A stretch of 64,000 nt of DNA from an uncultured delta proteobacterium (lineage in GTDB: Bacteria; Myxococcota_A; Polyangia; Polyangiales; Polyangiaceae): positions 5,312,001 through 5,376,000 of the forward strand of contig CAWAIF010000003.1 in NCBI GenBank assembly GCA_963782055.1. The letters are read 5' to 3'. This document shows positions 60,739 through 64,000 of the stretch, in pieces. A program made the translations under genes and the position numbers. The notes under the pieces are model-generated. The model ran no database searches. It was not told the DNA's origin and worked only from the letters and a program-made list of their open reading frames with translations. Positions within the stretch are counted from its first letter, which is position 1. Every line of letters begins with the position of its first letter.

Positions 60739-62862
60739 ATGAGCAAGACCACGAAACTTCGCGCACGTGCGCTGCGCCTGCGGCCAGAGGTCGCGCGCTT
60801 GCGCGCCGCGGGCGGGCTCACTCCCCAGGTCCTGGTCGACGGCGCGTCCCTCGGGGTGTGGTCTGCCCGCGTCGGGGCCGACGTCCAGGCGGTTCTCGAG
60901 GTGCTTCGGGAGGCTGCTGACGTGGGCCGCCGTCAGCTCGTCCTCGTCGTCTCCGCACGCCTCGCGCCGGCAAGCTGGCCCGCACCGCACGCGCAAGTGC
61001 TGTCAGCTCCGGGTATCGCCGGCCTGCTTCGGGGGCACGCGTTTGGAGATGTAGACCTGCCTGCTCTTCCCAGCGTGGTCGTCGCGGGCGTGGAGCACGA
61101 CCGGCAGCTGCTGGACTGCCTGGAGGCCGGCGCGACCAGCGTTTTGGACATCGCCACCGGTCGCCTATGGACCGGCAGCCAGCGCGAGCACTACGACGCC
61201 GACTTCGCTGCCGCCGCGGGCAACGCCGCCGTCGACCAGGCACCCGCGGCCAGCAGGGCGCTCGCGGCCATGGTGACGGCTTCACCCGCAGCGCTGCGAA
61301 CTGGTCGCGTGCACGTAGTGTCCGCATTGCACCGTGAGGAGGGCCACGTGGTCCTGGACAGCGTCACTGTCGACGACGGCGCACGGCATCGCGCCGACGG
61401 CCACGTCGCAGGGCTACGACTCCTGCGCGGTGTTCTCGCCCGCGGTGCGTTGCCCGTGATGACGTCCTCGATGGACGTGCTCGACGCGCTCTACGACGCC
61501 GGAGAGCCGCTGCCTTTCCGTGTGGAGGACCCGGCACTCGCGTGCGCCGTGCTGGACCCCGACCTCCGCTCCCTGCCTCCCGGCGTCGGCTCGGCGTGGC
61601 ACGCGGTACTCTCTGGCCGGCGAAGTGAGCGCCCAGTCAAGCCGGCCGCGGACCTGCTGCTCGATGAACTGCCCACGCTTCACGACGAGCTCCGCGATGC
61701 GCTGCGAGCGGCCTCGCTCCTGCCGCTCTACGAGGAGGACGTCTGCGCGACGGCGCCGCTCTTCGCCGCGCTCGAGTCGGAAGGGTTTCGCGTCGACAAG
61801 GCGGGGCTGAGCACAGACCTCGCTGCCGTCGAAGCGGAGATGGTCCTGGCCCGCGCCGTCGTCCTGAAGGGCGTAGGGGACCACGCACTCCGCAACGCGG
61901 ACCTCGTCGGCGGGTCGAGGGTCCATATCGGTCAGCTCATCCGGATGGCCGACAGTTCGCTCCCCAGTGCATGGCGCAACGAAGACCAGCTGCTCGAGCG
62001 CTACGCGCTCTACCGCAATCCACGCGCGATGGCCGTCCTCCGACTCCGCGCGCTGGATGCGGTCTACTCGTGGATGAAGAAGCTGGAGGGGCTCGACCGG
62101 CTCCGCAGCACGCTCGACCCTTCCGCCACCGGCCGCTGGTACCCTCATGGAGAGGCGCTCTTCACCATCTCCAAGCGGGAGTCCGAGGCCATGAGACTCC
62201 GCGCGCACCTGGTTCCCGAGCCGGGCCACGTGCTTGTCGCAGGTGACTTCGCCGCGTTCGAGCCGCGCTTGCTCGCCCACCAGTCCGGCGACACCACGCT
62301 CGTTGCCGGCTGCCAGCCCGGCCGCGACATCTACACCCATCTGATGCCCCTGCTCGGCGTCACCGACCGCGACATCGCCAAGCAGGCCCTCCTCGCCTTC
62401 ATGTATGGGCGGTCCGCTCGGTCGTTCGCCGTGTCGCTGCCCCTCCCACTGCCGGAAGGGCATGCCGTGTTCAACAAGCTCGAGAGCCAGTTGACTGGCT
62501 CGCTCGCGTTCCGCAAATCGGTGCAAGAGAGCGACACCACGTCGGCCCGGTCGCTCCTCGGCTGGCGACGCCTGCGGAGCACCCAATCGCCCGCCAAGTT
62601 CGCGCGGCAGGCGTTCAACCTGCGGATGCAGGGGTCGGCCGCAGACCTTCTTCGCAAACTGCTGCGGGACCTGCATGCCGCGCTGCCCGCCTCGGTACGC
62701 GTCGTGCACCAGGAGTTCGACGCCGTGATTCTGACATGCCCGGCTCCGCAGGCGGTCGCCGTCGAGGCGTTGCTCAAGAACACGATGGAGAATGTCGCGA
62801 AGCTCACGGTGCCGCTCGTTGCCAAGACCAAGCATGGAGCTACTCTCGCCGCCGTATCGTGA
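60739..62862 (+). CDS. Highly divergent family A DNA polymerase (707 aa) with degenerate exonuclease-like N-terminal domains
   Basis: ATGRW, motif A GDFAAFEPRLLAH.SGD, motif B RDIAK..LAFMYG, AFNLRMQGSAAD, motif C variant HQEFDAV. Confidence 0.85.
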   Translation: MSKTTKLRARALRLRPEVARLRAAGGLTPQVLVDGASLGVWSARVGADVQAVLEVLREAADVGRRQLVLVVSARLAPASWPAPHAQVLSAPGIAGLLRGHAFGDVDLPALPSVVVAGVEHDRQLLDCLEAGATSVLDIATGRLWTGSQREHYDADFAAAAGNAAVDQAPAASRALAAMVTASPAALRTGRVHVVSALHREEGHVVLDSVTVDDGARHRADGHVAGLRLLRGVLARGALPVMTSSMDVLDALYDAGEPLPFRVEDPALACAVLDPDLRSLPPGVGSAWHAVLSGRRSERPVKPAADLLLDELPTLHDELRDALRAASLLPLYEEDVCATAPLFAALESEGFRVDKAGLSTDLAAVEAEMVLARAVVLKGVGDHALRNADLVGGSRVHIGQLIRMADSSLPSAWRNEDQLLERYALYRNPRAMAVLRLRALDAVYSWMKKLEGLDRLRSTLDPSATGRWYPHGEALFTISKRESEAMRLRAHLVPEPGHVLVAGDFAAFEPRLLAHQSGDTTLVAGCQPGRDIYTHLMPLLGVTDRDIAKQALLAFMYGRSARSFAVSLPLPLPEGHAVFNKLESQLTGSLAFRKSVQESDTTSARSLLGWRRLRSTQSPAKFARQAFNLRMQGSAADLLRKLLRDLHAALPASVRVVHQEFDAVILTCPAPQAVAVEALLKNTMENVAKLTVPLVAKTKHGATLAAVS

Positions 62863-64000
62863 GGTTGTACACCCCGTGGAGCAACTGCCAGCGCTGTGAG
62901 CGCGCGGAGTATCGATGGGGCATCTTCGCGCCGGCGACGACGAGGCCCAAGGTTCTGGTTCTAACCGCGGGCGCCTCGCGGGCGAGCCAGTGCATCGGGA
63001 AGCCCGACCCGCTCCCGGCGCTCATCGCGCGAGGCATCGCCTTCCTCTACCGGCTCCGGCCCGCGGACATCCATGTCGACACGCTCCTCGCGTGCGGGGC
63101 CTCCGGCGATGCTCACGCTCACGACGCGGCCGCGTGCGCGCAGCGGATCGAGGACCAGGCAGTACTTGGTGCCTGGCCGGTTGTTCTTGTTGTTCTGGTC
63201 GGTGAACGTGCCGCCAGGCTCGCTCGGTACGCCGGCTTGCTCACCACGTCAGGCTTTCGGCTCGCCGGTCAGCCTCGGCCGTTCGTCGTCGTGCACGAGC
63301 CCTGGGAGGTGGGGGTCGACGCTCCGTGGTCCGCCCTGGGCACTCGCCGCAGGCTACCCGAGTCGCTCCAGCTGTACCCTTCGGCGGAGGGCGTGCTTCT
63401 GGACGTGGTTGCCGGGCGCTGCGACGGACACGCTTGGCGTCCCATCGGCGGCGAGTGGCGCCGCTCCTATGAGCGACCGTCGGCCGAGCTCGTGGCGGCT
63501 CACGTCGGAGGGTACGGCTGGCTGTCTCCGTATCGCCCGGTCGGCGCCTGGCCCTACGTCGTCATCGACGTGGACCTGCACAACGCCATCCAGTACGCGC
63601 GCTACGACAGCGTGCTGAGGAAGCTCGACAAGCTCTTCAAGACGAGCCTGGTCTTCCAGAGCAGCCCCACCGGCGGCGCGCACATCTACGTGCGCCTGCC
63701 GCCCGATACGACGTACGCAGCCGGCGCGGTCTGGCTGACCGAGTTCCTTCTTGTCCACGGTCTACTCTTTGAGGGCACGGCACCCGGGCCGTCTGCGACC
63801 GTGCGTGGCAACGTTGCCACCCGGCTTGTCGATGTGCCGCTACATCCCCCGCGCCTTCCCTTCGGTATTGGCTCTTGGCTGCGCGGATTCCCTGACCCCG
63901 TCAAAGCCGTGGAGAGATTCAAGCGGTGGCTGGCGGCGCAGGACTTCGGCGACTTCGAAGGCGCGCGTAGCGCCGTCGAGGCGAAGCGGAAAGGGAGGGT
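62859..64000 (+). CDS. UDG-like N-terminal domain fused to archaeo-eukaryotic primase (AEP)-like domain; runs off window, absent from ORF track
   Basis: Manual translation from GTG overlapping polymerase stop, no stop to 64000: CQRC, DTLLAC...AAAC, VLVGERAA; VVIDVDLH, SSPTGGAHIYV, PRLPFG. Confidence 0.75.
   Translation, partial: MRLYTPWSNCQRCERAEYRWGIFAPATTRPKVLVLTAGASRASQCIGKPDPLPALIARGIAFLYRLRPADIHVDTLLACGASGDAHAHDAAACAQRIEDQAVLGAWPVVLVVLVGERAARLARYAGLLTTSGFRLAGQPRPFVVVHEPWEVGVDAPWSALGTRRRLPESLQLYPSAEGVLLDVVAGRCDGHAWRPIGGEWRRSYERPSAELVAAHVGGYGWLSPYRPVGAWPYVVIDVDLHNAIQYARYDSVLRKLDKLFKTSLVFQSSPTGGAHIYVRLPPDTTYAAGAVWLTEFLLVHGLLFEGTAPGPSATVRGNVATRLVDVPLHPPRLPFGIGSWLRGFPDPVKAVERFKRWLAAQDFGDFEGARSAVEAKRKGR

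Overview
High-GC accessory region, probably from a myxobacterium (Polyangiales-like; inferred from protein style). It has four parts. (1) 0.1-8.6 kb: a large surface-protein/lipoprotein gene pair whose distal 2.63 kb is tandemly duplicated, with divergence concentrated in the lipoprotein C-terminus. (2) 9-16.8 kb: a small satellite-like integrative element (RadA-like ATPase, D5/P4 helicase broken by an IS4, excisionase, tyrosine integrase) ending at tandem tRNA-Gly att remnants. (3) 17-45 kb: a defence island with AbiE, a DUF433/PIN TA pair, a SIR2 gene broken by an IS21, and a type I R-M operon headed by an RtcR/CARF-like sigma54 activator and followed by a HEPN-motif gene. It also has a repeat-bearing Ser/Thr kinase and a sigma54-promoter-driven SF2 helicase-metallopeptidase fusion plus a dead-PLD protein. 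(4) 46-64 kb: ICE-like recombination genes (RadC, DUF932, Rad52-like, PD-(D/E)xK), a TA pair, a second IS21, a Schlafen/AlbA_2 gene, and a highly divergent family-A polymerase coupled to a UDG-like/AEP-primase ORF that runs off the window. All four IS elements keep their target-site duplications. Best novelty candidates are the CARF-sigma54-controlled R-M/HEPN/kinase/helicase-protease cluster and the PolA + UDG/AEP module. All calls are by motif recognition; no database search was run.
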